In this document: positions 36,672 through 44,340 of the stretch, piece after piece
Layout: each line of letters starts with the position of its first letter
Position numbering within the stretch: position 1 is the first letter of the stretch
Virus record (IMG/VR): IMGVR_UViG_3300037482_000259
Span: 1 to 51,337 of that record
From: a virus
Lineage: Duplodnaviria > Caudoviricetes
Reading direction: 5' to 3' (one strand)
Length of the DNA stretch: 51,337 nucleotides
Translations under genes and position numbers: made by a program
The notes under the pieces: generated by a model
What the model was told of the DNA's origin: nothing
The model's database searches: none
The model's input: only the letters and a program-made list of their open reading frames with translations

Positions 36672-37070
36672 CTACATGCTCCCACAGTTGAGGTTGGGCA
36701 CGTGCAGCAATCCGCCGGAATAGTAGCCCTCCCACTTCTGGCAGTACCAGCGGTTGTAAATCTCTACCCGGTAGGTGTAGCCAGCCGGCAAACAGCACTG
36801 TTTCCAGTAGGCGGTGGTAGAGCCGGCCGGCGGCTGCAATATCGTGTACCATGTGGTGCCGGTCTGAAGCAGCGTAATTTTCAGGTCCCACCCGCCGTAG
36901 GCCGGCACGCCGGTCACATAGCCCCACAGGCCGGCATCGGAGCGCTGCCCGATGACCAGCGGTGTAAACACTTTCTTGCCCACGGGCGGGAAGATGCCTG
37001 CCTGGCCGGTGGCCGGGATGAGGGAGAGGACAATCACGGTTGCCGACAGGACCACAAGTGTCTTTCTCAA
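36672..37070 (-). CDS. Secreted protein, 132 aa
   Basis: Signal peptide, 'VFTPLVI' motif, Cys-containing beta domain; GGAGG RBS with TTG start. Confidence 0.7.
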   Translation of the reverse strand: MRKTLVVLSATVIVLSLIPATGQAGIFPPVGKKVFTPLVIGQRSDAGLWGYVTGVPAYGGWDLKITLLQTGTTWYTILQPPAGSTTAYWKQCCLPAGYTYRVEIYNRWYCQKWEGYYSGGLLHVPNLNCGSM

Positions 37071-37738
37071 GTTGCCTCCAGAATGGATTTAAGTAGTTGC
37101 TCACCTATCCAGCGCGTGTAGGCGGGCGGGATGGCCTGGGATAGTTCCGCCATGGTCATCCAGTCGATGCCCATGGCCCAGCGCACCACTCCGACAGATT
37201 CACGCGGTCGCACACCCTGGCGGACGCCGCCCGTTACACGTGCTGGATTCCATGTCTTGCGCGTGTGGCTGCCTGAGTGGACGGTAATCGGATGGCGCAC
37301 ATGGGCGCATGTAGCGGGCGACATCAACCACATGGGCCACGTCTCGAAATAGCGGTGGCGCCAGATGGGCAGCCCCAGCATTGTTCCGCACAACATTACC
37401 GTGTTGCGCAAATGAGAGCGGGCGCCCTCGACGTTCTCGATGACATAGGGCTTGCCGGTTGCCCTGAGCAGGCATCTTGTCTCCGGGATGTAGTTATGGT
37501 GGCGATCCCGATATTCCATAGGCGTGGCCTCGCTGGCAAACTGGCATGGTGGGCTGGCGTGGATGGCGTCGAATTCATGCCCATGCGCCGCCAAGTATTC
37601 CAGGGCATCTGCCCGGACGAAGGTGAACGGATAGCGGGGCTGCGGCGCAATGTCCACGCCCACGATGTCGTCGAAGCCAGCCTGGTGGTAGCCCATCGCA
37701 CACCCGCCAGCACCGGAAAACAGGTCCAGTAATCGCAT
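37067..37738 (-). CDS. Short phage-type DNA (cytosine-5) methyltransferase, 223 aa
   Basis: 'LDLFSGAGG', 'HASPPCQ', 'IENV', 'RHRYFE', 'AIPPAYT'. Confidence 0.92.
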   Translation of the reverse strand: MRLLDLFSGAGGCAMGYHQAGFDDIVGVDIAPQPRYPFTFVRADALEYLAAHGHEFDAIHASPPCQFASEATPMEYRDRHHNYIPETRCLLRATGKPYVIENVEGARSHLRNTVMLCGTMLGLPIWRHRYFETWPMWLMSPATCAHVRHPITVHSGSHTRKTWNPARVTGGVRQGVRPRESVGVVRWAMGIDWMTMAELSQAIPPAYTRWIGEQLLKSILEAT

Positions 37739-37739
37739 G

Positions 37740-38057
37740 TCAATTCGCCGATGTGAGTTGGTTGTTGCCGAATAGGTCGGGCTGCCCCACTTCCGACGCC
37801 TGCCATTCGATGCGCTCGGCAATCGGTATAGCCCAGTTCTGTTTGGCCTGATGTGTCCCTGCGTTGATGGCTGCAATGGCCGCATCTAAATCGGCCCGGA
37901 GTGAGGCATAGTGTTCCTCGGTAATGGCACCCTGCACCGCCATCTCATGGGCAAATGCCTCCACGTTGCACAACCTCCGCCGTCCGTCCCGCAACGCCAG
38001 CATGTCCGTCTCGATCTGTTCCCGCTCTGCCTCGATAGCACTATTCCGCCTGGTCAT
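37740..38057 (-). CDS. Hypothetical protein, 105 aa
   Basis: GGAGG RBS; ends with a 'QPDLF' clamp-binding-like motif. Confidence 0.6.
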   Translation of the reverse strand: MTRRNSAIEAEREQIETDMLALRDGRRRLCNVEAFAHEMAVQGAITEEHYASLRADLDAAIAAINAGTHQAKQNWAIPIAERIEWQASEVGQPDLFGNNQLTSAN

Positions 38058-38436
38058 TCACCGCCTCCCGATAGGCAAGTGCCTGTCTCTGTTCCCGGAT
38101 GGCAGACACCACGGAGATATGTTTGTCCCACTGCACAGCGCCCAAGACAGTGGCCAGCCCCACGCCGGCATTGACGCCCAGCAGGGTCAGGGCGGACGGG
38201 ATGCTGATGACCTGGGGGATCATGCTGGCCGGCAATGCCCACTGGCTGGCCAGCACCAGCATCGGCCCCAACAACAGGGCGATGCTGTCTATCACGAGCC
38301 AGCCGGGGCGGGAAAGCGGGCGACCTCTCAGCCGCCGGTAGGGACCACTGAATACATAGTGGGCGGAGAGCGAGGCCAGGGCGGTGATGGTAGCGGAGAC
38401 GATGAGATTCATGGCCAAAATTGCGGTCGGGTTCAT
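38041..38436 (-). CDS. Multi-pass membrane protein
   Basis: About three hydrophobic segments. Confidence 0.6.
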   Translation of the reverse strand: MNPTAILAMNLIVSATITALASLSAHYVFSGPYRRLRGRPLSRPGWLVIDSIALLLGPMLVLASQWALPASMIPQVISIPSALTLLGVNAGVGLATVLGAVQWDKHISVVSAIREQRQALAYREAVNDQAE

Positions 38437-38456
38437 GGGCAAAATATCCCCACAGG

Positions 38457-38750
38457 TTAGGATTCGGTGCTACGATCTGAATGGAGCAGCGTGATACCAT
38501 GGGGGATGCGTGGCTCCAACAGCACGTAGCCCCAGCGCGCCATCCTCTGGAGACGTTTCTGGACGGCGACATGCGAAAGCTTGACCTGTTTGCCGATGGC
38601 CCGCCGGGAAGGCGGGCGGCCCCTGGCCGTTTGATAGGCCCGGATGTAGTGCAGGATGGCCAGGTCACGCTCGTCAAGTTTATAGCGGTGGGGAATGTCC
38701 CCATTGTCGGCTTGTGCAAAATTTGTTACCATGCGGTAATGGCTTTCCAT
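38457..38750 (-). CDS. LexA-type DNA-binding domain protein without a peptidase domain (cro position)
   Basis: 'LDERDLAILHYI......GRPPSRRAIG...LS..AV...L..M...GYV...P..P.GI'. Confidence 0.85.
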   Translation of the reverse strand: MESHYRMVTNFAQADNGDIPHRYKLDERDLAILHYIRAYQTARGRPPSRRAIGKQVKLSHVAVQKRLQRMARWGYVLLEPRIPHGITLLHSDRSTES

Positions 38751-38917
38751 TATGAAATGATATATCCTTGGGTCAGGGGATTTCTCTTAAGGATGTGATA
38801 GAAATTCCTGAGTGCAAACAAATTAACTATCGGTAATATCCTAACACAGATCGACCGGGACGTCAAGGGGGAATTGTGAACGTGATTGCAAGGGGCAATG
38901 GAGAGGACAGACAAAGC

Positions 38918-39499
38918 ATGGCGGTGGAAGTCGGCAACCTGGAGCAGGTGGTGCCAGACACGGGCAAGCGAATTGATTACGTCTACCAGATAGTGCGGGG
39001 CATGTCGCAGGTGGAGTTTTTGGAGAAGCTGGCGGGGGTAGGCTACCGGGTGTCGCAGCCCATGCTTAGCCAGCTCATTTCCGGCAAGCGCCGCCGTAGT
39101 GCCGGTTTCGTGCGGGCCGCGGCCTTGGTGCTGGGCGTCAGCGCTGACTGGCTGCTCTGTCTGCCTGGCGCATCTATGCAGCGGCCCATACCGGCATCCG
39201 CCGCGGCGCAGCGCATCGCCCGCCTGGTGGACGCGGCGCCGGTGAGCAGACGGCAGGAGATAGAGGCCATCGTCGCCACACTGGCCAGCGGCGCCCAGAC
39301 GCCAGGGTTGGGCAACCACGTAGACAACAATGCCGTGGATGCCTGGACCGAGTTCCTGCGCGAGGAGTACGCCGATAGCCCAGCCCGGGCGGAAAAGATT
39401 ATGCAGATGTTGGAGGAGCTAAACCCGGCGCTGGCGCGTGCGGTGCGCCGGAAGCTGGATGACCTTGGAATCGACCTGCGCTCGCAGTTCGTTGCGTAG
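38918..39499 (+). CDS. XRE-family repressor (cI-like, no S24 peptidase domain)
   Basis: 'GMSQVEF...L....VSQPMLSQLISGKRR......A.VLGVSADWLL'; divergent from the LexA-like gene. Confidence 0.85.
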   Translation: MAVEVGNLEQVVPDTGKRIDYVYQIVRGMSQVEFLEKLAGVGYRVSQPMLSQLISGKRRRSAGFVRAAALVLGVSADWLLCLPGASMQRPIPASAAAQRIARLVDAAPVSRRQEIEAIVATLASGAQTPGLGNHVDNNAVDAWTEFLREEYADSPARAEKIMQMLEELNPALARAVRRKLDDLGIDLRSQFVA

Positions 39500-39607
39500 G
39501 GACACGGCGAGGTCGTAAAGCCGCCATTGTTCGGCTTCGGGCAACTCGGCCATGGCAGCGAGAAAGGCGTCGGCGTGTTGGGCGATGGTAGCTTTGGTAT
39601 CGGCCAT
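39419..39607 (-). CDS. 62-aa helical protein convergently overlapping the repressor
   Basis: AGGAG RBS; extended -10 TGCTACAAT at 39640-39648. Confidence 0.65.
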   Translation of the reverse strand: MADTKATIAQHADAFLAAMAELPEAEQWRLYDLAVSLRNELRAQVDSKVIQLPAHRTRQRRV

Positions 39608-39798
39608 GATGGCTCCTATGTGAGTTGGATGCTAGAGCCATTGTAGCACGAGAGCACCTTACGCGGCTACCCATAAACATCCGCAATTTGGCCGATATAA
39701 CGGCGTAAGGTTGGGGTGGTAGGATAGGGTTGTCAATCTTCGCTGAATGCAGCAGGCCCCTGGTCATGGCGACTGGGGGCCTGCGTGCGTGGTAGAGC

Positions 39799-39990
39799 CT
39801 ACTTCTGGCCGTTTTTCTCTAATGTAAATACTGGCGGCATCGGCGGTGATACCAATCGCACCTGCCGGACCAAATGCTTGATCACCTCACTTCGGTTCCA
39901 CTCGATTTGCTCAGCTATCCAATCCAACTGAGCCAACTCCTCCGCTGAAAACCTCACACTTACCACGGTCGTTTCCGTCTTTTCGCTCAT
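39799..39990 (-). CDS. CopG/RHH-family regulator, 63 aa
   Basis: 'VVSVRFSAEELAQLDWIAEQ....RSEVIKHLV'; AAGGAG RBS. Confidence 0.85.
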   Translation of the reverse strand: MSEKTETTVVSVRFSAEELAQLDWIAEQIEWNRSEVIKHLVRQVRLVSPPMPPVFTLEKNGQK

Positions 39991-40020
39991 CCCTAGGCTC
40001 CTTTCCGGCCCGTTGTATAC

Positions 40021-40050
40021 ACTGTAGCACGGACGGGTATCCAGTGTCAA
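40021..40050 (-). promoter_or_regulatory. Promoter for the RHH gene, TTGACA-18-TACAGT
   Basis: Near-consensus with extended TG. Confidence 0.65.
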
Positions 40051-40101
40051 TGGATGCATACATGAGTTTCAGAAAAGTGCCAAATCTTTAATATAAGACG
40101 C

Positions 40102-40130
40102 TTGACTTTGGGATCTACTTGGTATACAAT
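40102..40130 (+). promoter_or_regulatory. Early-operon promoter TTGACT-17-TACAAT
   Basis: Consensus spacing and AT-rich upstream region; overlapped by GTATAC-N3-GTATAC. Confidence 0.8.
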
Positions 40131-40164
40131 GTATACAGTAGAGTACGTTAAAAACAGAACGCAA

Positions 40165-40330
40165 GTGGGGTTCCGAAGGGCGCCGGAGGTGGATGGCCAC
40201 CGAAGGAGCGACACCCAACAGGGAACACGGTGCAGAGCCGCCAGAAGGCCCCACAGTAGCCGAGAGACAATCAGAGTGGTCGCCGGGCCTGGTAGCCCGG
40301 ATGTGAACCGGAATCCATACGAAACCACTC
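40165..40330 (+). ncRNA. Structured early leader RNA with two domains; the second is hammerhead-like
   Basis: Closing stems GUGGGGUU/GGCCCCAC (40165-40254) and GAGUGGU/ACCACUC (40274-40330). Confidence 0.55.
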
Positions 40331-40348
40331 ACACAGGAGGAACGAACG

Positions 40349-40570
40349 ATGAGCTACAGCGAATTTAGCGCCAGCCGGGTAGCCCTGGAAGGCAAGCTAC
40401 AGCAGGCCAGGCAGGTTGTGGCCACCTGTGCCGCCAGCGACATGGACGCCAGCCGCCGCCAGGCATATCTGGCCTACTGGCAGGATGTTGAGGCCAACGC
40501 ACTGGCCAGCCTCAACAAGATGTGCCAGGAATACTACGGGCGAGCCTACGCAGCCTGCTTTTTCAACTAG
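40349..40570 (+). CDS. Early hypothetical protein, 73 aa
   Basis: AGGAGG RBS. Confidence 0.75.
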   Translation: MSYSEFSASRVALEGKLQQARQVVATCAASDMDASRRQAYLAYWQDVEANALASLNKMCQEYYGRAYAACFFN

Positions 40571-40580
40571 CACCCACGAC

Positions 40581-40605
40581 CTGACGAGCGCAACCGCGAA
40601 ACCAC
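40581..40605 (+). ncRNA. Hammerhead ribozyme catalytic-core strand
   Basis: CUGACGA-GCG(CAAC)CGC-GAAAC in an intergenic spacer. Confidence 0.55.
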
Positions 40606-40620
40606 ACAGGAGATAGGACG

Positions 40621-40899
40621 ATGGACCAAAATACCATCATCGCCCTGGGGCAGATGACCGCCCCCTACGGCGATAGGATTCTCGACGGCAGACCGACGGA
40701 GCTGGCGCTGTGGCATGTAGACCGCAGCACATTCCGCCCGGCCAGGCAGGTAACGGTGGTCCAGACCTGGACGCTGGACTTCTGGAGCAACCTCTACCGC
40801 TGCGAGACTGAGGACAGGCAGCGGATTGACAGCACCGACCTGATGGACCACGAGCCGACGCTGGTGGCCGACGAGGCCGGTGCCCGCTACTGGCAGTAA
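40621..40899 (+). CDS. Early hypothetical protein, 92 aa
   Basis: AGGAG RBS. Confidence 0.75.
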   Translation: MDQNTIIALGQMTAPYGDRILDGRPTELALWHVDRSTFRPARQVTVVQTWTLDFWSNLYRCETEDRQRIDSTDLMDHEPTLVADEAGARYWQ

Positions 40900-40968
40900 T
40901 GATGCCGACCTGGGCCATGTCGCCTAAACTGGCCCACCGTGACCAAACAGACGCAGCACAGGAGAAAT

Positions 40969-41190
40969 ATGATGACAGGGCAAGAACGCATTCGCAAGGC
41001 TTTGGTTAGCACCCTCGGATGGGAATCCGGCAGGGCCAACGCAGCCAGGATCTACAAGGGCAACGGCTTTTGGGGATACGGCTGGTACATTGAGGACTTC
41101 GGCCACAACGCCGAACTGTGGGGCGCCACGATTGCCGACGTGTTGTCCCGCATAGAAGATTCAGGAGATGAGCGTCGGCAGGTTGGCTAG
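40969..41190 (+). CDS. Early hypothetical protein
   Basis: ACAGGAG RBS. Confidence 0.7.
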   Translation: MMTGQERIRKALVSTLGWESGRANAARIYKGNGFWGYGWYIEDFGHNAELWGATIADVLSRIEDSGDERRQVG

Positions 41191-41256
41191 ATTCCCCACA
41201 GACGCCCGCCCGATGCGGACACACCGGGCGGGCAAACACGAACAGGAGAATGTACG

Positions 41257-41442
41257 ATGTTTACAATCAACATTGTGGCCCAGAGCGGGCATGCGTGGAC
41301 GGAGGAATACGAGACTATGGAGAGGATTCAGGAGCGCATTGAGTTCATCGTCGAGGAGCATGGCGACATTGAGCGCATTGAGCTGCTCGACGAGGATGGC
41401 TACAACCCGGAGAACCTCTGGGTCTGCAAGTGGGAACGATAA
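41257..41442 (+). CDS. Early acidic protein, 61 aa
   Basis: ACAGGAG RBS; very Glu-rich. Confidence 0.7.
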   Translation: MFTINIVAQSGHAWTEEYETMERIQERIEFIVEEHGDIERIELLDEDGYNPENLWVCKWER

Positions 41443-41520
41443 AACCTATCAAACAGACGCCCGGCCAGGAGGCTAGTCCTGGCCGGGCAAACCCACAGTT
41501 ACGAGAACTGGAGCAGAATC

Positions 41521-41805
41521 ATGGTATCGCTGAACGCACTATTTACGCAAACTGAGGACTGGAAGGTGACCAGGAAGGTTGCCGAGCTTGAGGAAATCAC
41601 CGCCGATTGGAAACTGGCCGAGGACTACATCGCAGAGCAGGAGCGCATCGGCGCACATGCATTTTACCACAACGGGCGCCGCGAGGACCTGGCCAACGAG
41701 CACCAGCAGGCAGGCTTTGACGACGCTGAGGGATATGAATGCAACTTGCGAGCCCTGGAGGCCGAGGAGAGCTATGATTACCAGCACAGGTGGCAGTGGG
41801 CTTAA
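41521..41805 (+). CDS. Early acidic protein, 94 aa
   Basis: GGAG RBS. Confidence 0.7.
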   Translation: MVSLNALFTQTEDWKVTRKVAELEEITADWKLAEDYIAEQERIGAHAFYHNGRREDLANEHQQAGFDDAEGYECNLRALEAEESYDYQHRWQWA

Positions 41806-41938
41806 AGAGTATCACGAGCTGACACCTCGTCAGCGTGAGCAGGTGGCGGTCCAGTTCTCAGCCACCGTTGGCCGCCAGGACCGCTACCTGTACGAGCTTA
41901 CAAAGGCCGGCGACGTGTTGTGCCGGCGACGGAAATAG
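41774..41938 (+). CDS. Early hypothetical protein, 54 aa
   Basis: GAGGAG RBS before ATG 41774; start uncertain. Confidence 0.45.
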   Translation: MITSTGGSGLKEYHELTPRQREQVAVQFSATVGRQDRYLYELTKAGDVLCRRRK

Positions 41939-41987
41939 CACACAAGCCCGGTGCCGTGGGGTGCCGGGCTAACGACTTGGAGGAGAC

Positions 41988-42827
41988 ATGATGGACACAC
42001 TGAAAAACCTGGCCGCTGCCAAGATCAAGGCGACGGCTACCCTGCCCAAATTGGAGCGGGACAAGCCCGGCGCACGGGGGCGATATGCCACGCTGGCCAA
42101 TGTGTTGGACACAATTCGGGAACCGTTCGCCAATGCCGGCCTGACCTTCCTGGAAGGTGTGCACCGGGTTAATGACGAGGTGGTCGTTGAGGTGACGTTG
42201 GTCCATGCCGAGTCAGGCGAGATGGTCACGCATCATCTGCCCCTCCCCGGTGGCAACACGGCCCAAACAATCGGTTCGGCCATCACATACGGGCGTCGCT
42301 ACCTGCTCATGACCATGGCCGGCATAGCCCCCGACGATGACGACGGGGAAATGGCCAGCCAGGCCCCGCAGGCCAAACCAACGCAGCGCCCGCAGCCCGC
42401 ACATCGGCAAGCGCCTAGGCAACCGACAGGACCGCAGTCCTGGGATGAAACAGAGGAACTCGATCCAGAGCCGAACGGCAACGGCAGCAAATACACCTCT
42501 ACCGACCTGATTGCAGACAGCCGGGCATGGAACGCCCAGGGCGACGTGCTAGCCTCGCCACAGGCATACGGTTTCTTGGGCAAGACAATCGACGCCCTCA
42601 CCGCTGCCGAAGCCCACAAGCCCATCCTCTCCAAACTGGCCGGTCACGATGTAGACCACGAGAACCGGCCCGGGAAGGTGATGGTGGGAAACCTGCTCAA
42701 TAAATTGTTGGAGCAGACCAAGGACCGTACCACCAAACAGTTGGTGGACAATCCGAATTTCGACCCTGCCACGGTGGATGCTATCAAGGCCATGTGGCAG
42801 CAACAGCCGGCAGCCGAGCCGGCCTGA
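41988..42827 (+). CDS. erf: ERF-family single-strand annealing protein, 279 aa
   Basis: 'YATLANVLDTI','LVHAESGE','QTIGSAITYGRRYLL..MAGIAPDDDDG'. Confidence 0.93.
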   Translation: MMDTLKNLAAAKIKATATLPKLERDKPGARGRYATLANVLDTIREPFANAGLTFLEGVHRVNDEVVVEVTLVHAESGEMVTHHLPLPGGNTAQTIGSAITYGRRYLLMTMAGIAPDDDDGEMASQAPQAKPTQRPQPAHRQAPRQPTGPQSWDETEELDPEPNGNGSKYTSTDLIADSRAWNAQGDVLASPQAYGFLGKTIDALTAAEAHKPILSKLAGHDVDHENRPGKVMVGNLLNKLLEQTKDRTTKQLVDNPNFDPATVDAIKAMWQQQPAAEPA

Positions 42828-42873
42828 CCCACACGCCGGGCCGCGCATGGCGACAAACGCGGGGAGAAAACCG

Positions 42874-43092
42874 ATGAACCAACGAGTCATTACTCTGTAC
42901 GGCAACGTTGCCGGAGACATAGCGGAGCAAATGGACGACCTGGTCGTCCATGCCCGGCCCAACCTGCGGGATAACGAAATCGTGGACGCCATTACGGGCT
43001 TTCAGATAGTGCAGGGAGCTGGCCACTGGCCGCTGGCGGCTATCGTGGTTGTCGCCACACGTAAACCCATCCCAAGCGAGCCGCCATTCTAA
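42874..43092 (+). CDS. Hypothetical protein, 72 aa
   Basis: GGAG RBS. Confidence 0.6.
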   Translation: MNQRVITLYGNVAGDIAEQMDDLVVHARPNLRDNEIVDAITGFQIVQGAGHWPLAAIVVVATRKPIPSEPPF

Positions 43093-43135
43093 TCACACGC
43101 CGCCGCCGGTCGGCTAATACCGGCAGGAGGACACC

Positions 43136-43294
43136 GTGAAATACCCGATCTACGAAATCAATATCAATGTGGCGAGCGGCAAGCCCAGCCTGGTGCAGGT
43201 CTACCGCCGCCGTCGCAATCGTCTATACGAGAAGATTTCGCTAGCCAGCCTGCGCCGAGCACAGCGGGCACAGCTCCGGTTGTTGGAGGGCTAA
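43136..43294 (+). CDS. Basic 52-aa protein, not in the ORF track
   Basis: AGGAGG RBS; GTG start MKYPIYEININ... Confidence 0.6.
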   Translation: MKYPIYEININVASGKPSLVQVYRRRRNRLYEKISLASLRRAQRAQLRLLEG

Positions 43295-43295
43295 G

Positions 43296-43460
43296 ATGGA
43301 CGGCAGACTTTCGTGCACCTGTTCGGATGAATGCGACAAGAAATTGGATGTCACCGACCTGGGCGAGGAGGTGATGCTGATCATCCTTGCCCGTGACAAA
43401 ATGCTGGAAATCTACGTAGACCGCCAGGAGTTGATGGCACTGTTGGAGGTCCAGTCATGA
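43296..43460 (+). CDS. 54-aa protein, not in the ORF track
   Basis: GGAGG RBS; MDGRLSCTCSDECDKK...; ATGA coupling. Confidence 0.6.
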   Translation: MDGRLSCTCSDECDKKLDVTDLGEEVMLIILARDKMLEIYVDRQELMALLEVQS

Positions 43461-43768
43461 ACCTGTATCTTGTCGTATCGGAGGAGCTGACGGACCACAC
43501 CTATGGTCCGCAAGCCTACTGCATCTGCGAGCTGGTCGTTGCGGACAAGCCCAGCCAAGCCAAATACCTGGCCTGGAAATCCGATCGCAATACCTACTGC
43601 CCAGACGATATACGGGAGATGCCCAAGATGCGCTGCGTGCGCACGTTCCGGGACGTGCCGGGGCCGGCCCGCATCGCATCGGGCGAACATTCCAGTGACG
43701 AACTAGACGACGAGTGCCGTCTCTGGCTGTTCCCAGAGGAAATCGAGAAGTGGGAGGTGGACCGATGA
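43457..43768 (+). CDS. Hypothetical protein, 103 aa
   Basis: GGAGG RBS and coupling. Confidence 0.7.
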   Translation: MNLYLVVSEELTDHTYGPQAYCICELVVADKPSQAKYLAWKSDRNTYCPDDIREMPKMRCVRTFRDVPGPARIASGEHSSDELDDECRLWLFPEEIEKWEVDR

Positions 43769-44073
43769 CCACACAACATACACTAGGACCGTGGAAAGTA
43801 GATTTGGAGTCGGGCGAAATAGAGGCACAGGGATTTATTCTTGGCACTATCTATGGTGCCAATGATTATCCCTGCTGCGAAGATGACATTTTCGAGGAAT
43901 GCAGGGCCAATGCCAGCCTGATTGCAGCGGCGCCGGACTTGTTGGAGGTAGCCGAACTGTTCCGGGCCGAACTGGCGCTGTGTATTGCCATGGCTGGGCC
44001 ACTGGCCGAGAAAATGCTGGATTTGGAGGCGAAGGTCAACGCTGCCATTGCCAAGGCGAGGGGGAAATCATGA
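43765..44073 (+). CDS. Conserved phage hypothetical protein (HTxGPW...ANAxLIAAAPDLL type)
   Basis: Recognisable recurrent phage motif pair. Confidence 0.75.
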   Translation: MTTQHTLGPWKVDLESGEIEAQGFILGTIYGANDYPCCEDDIFEECRANASLIAAAPDLLEVAELFRAELALCIAMAGPLAEKMLDLEAKVNAAIAKARGKS

Positions 44074-44291
44074 CCACCACCATCTACTGCGCCGTCTGCC
44101 ACCGCATCATCTCCGGCACCGGCTGTTTCGGCCCGCCCGCTGCGCCGCCGCTGTGCATGTCCTGCTGGTGGGAACACCAATGGGTACCGTGTCCCCATCC
44201 GGGCATTCCCGGGACCTGGGTCAAGGTGGGTGAGGTCATGCCCATCCCGCTCAAAGTTGACGGCAACACACCGCCGAATTTGTTGGAGTAA
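44070..44291 (+). CDS. Small Cys-rich zinc-binding protein
   Basis: CAVC...CMSC...CPH. Confidence 0.6.
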   Translation: MTTTIYCAVCHRIISGTGCFGPPAAPPLCMSCWWEHQWVPCPHPGIPGTWVKVGEVMPIPLKVDGNTPPNLLE

Positions 44292-44297
44292 CCCACA

Positions 44298-44332
44298 CGC
44301 CCGCTGCCTCACGGTGGCGGGCGACTTTTGTT
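44298..44332 (+). terminator. Terminator at the convergence of early and late transcription
   Basis: CGCCCGCTGCC-TCAC-GGTGGCGGGCG followed by acttttgtt. Confidence 0.75.
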
Positions 44333-44340
44333 GCCGCGAA

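Noticed and set aside
38457-38750. Full LexA repressor
   Set aside because: Only the DNA-binding domain is present, with no Ala-Gly site or S24 peptidase, so no gene symbol was assigned.
40896-40940. Pistol or twister ribozyme
   Set aside because: Only a P1/pseudoknot-like part is present; the catalytic stems and conserved residues are missing.
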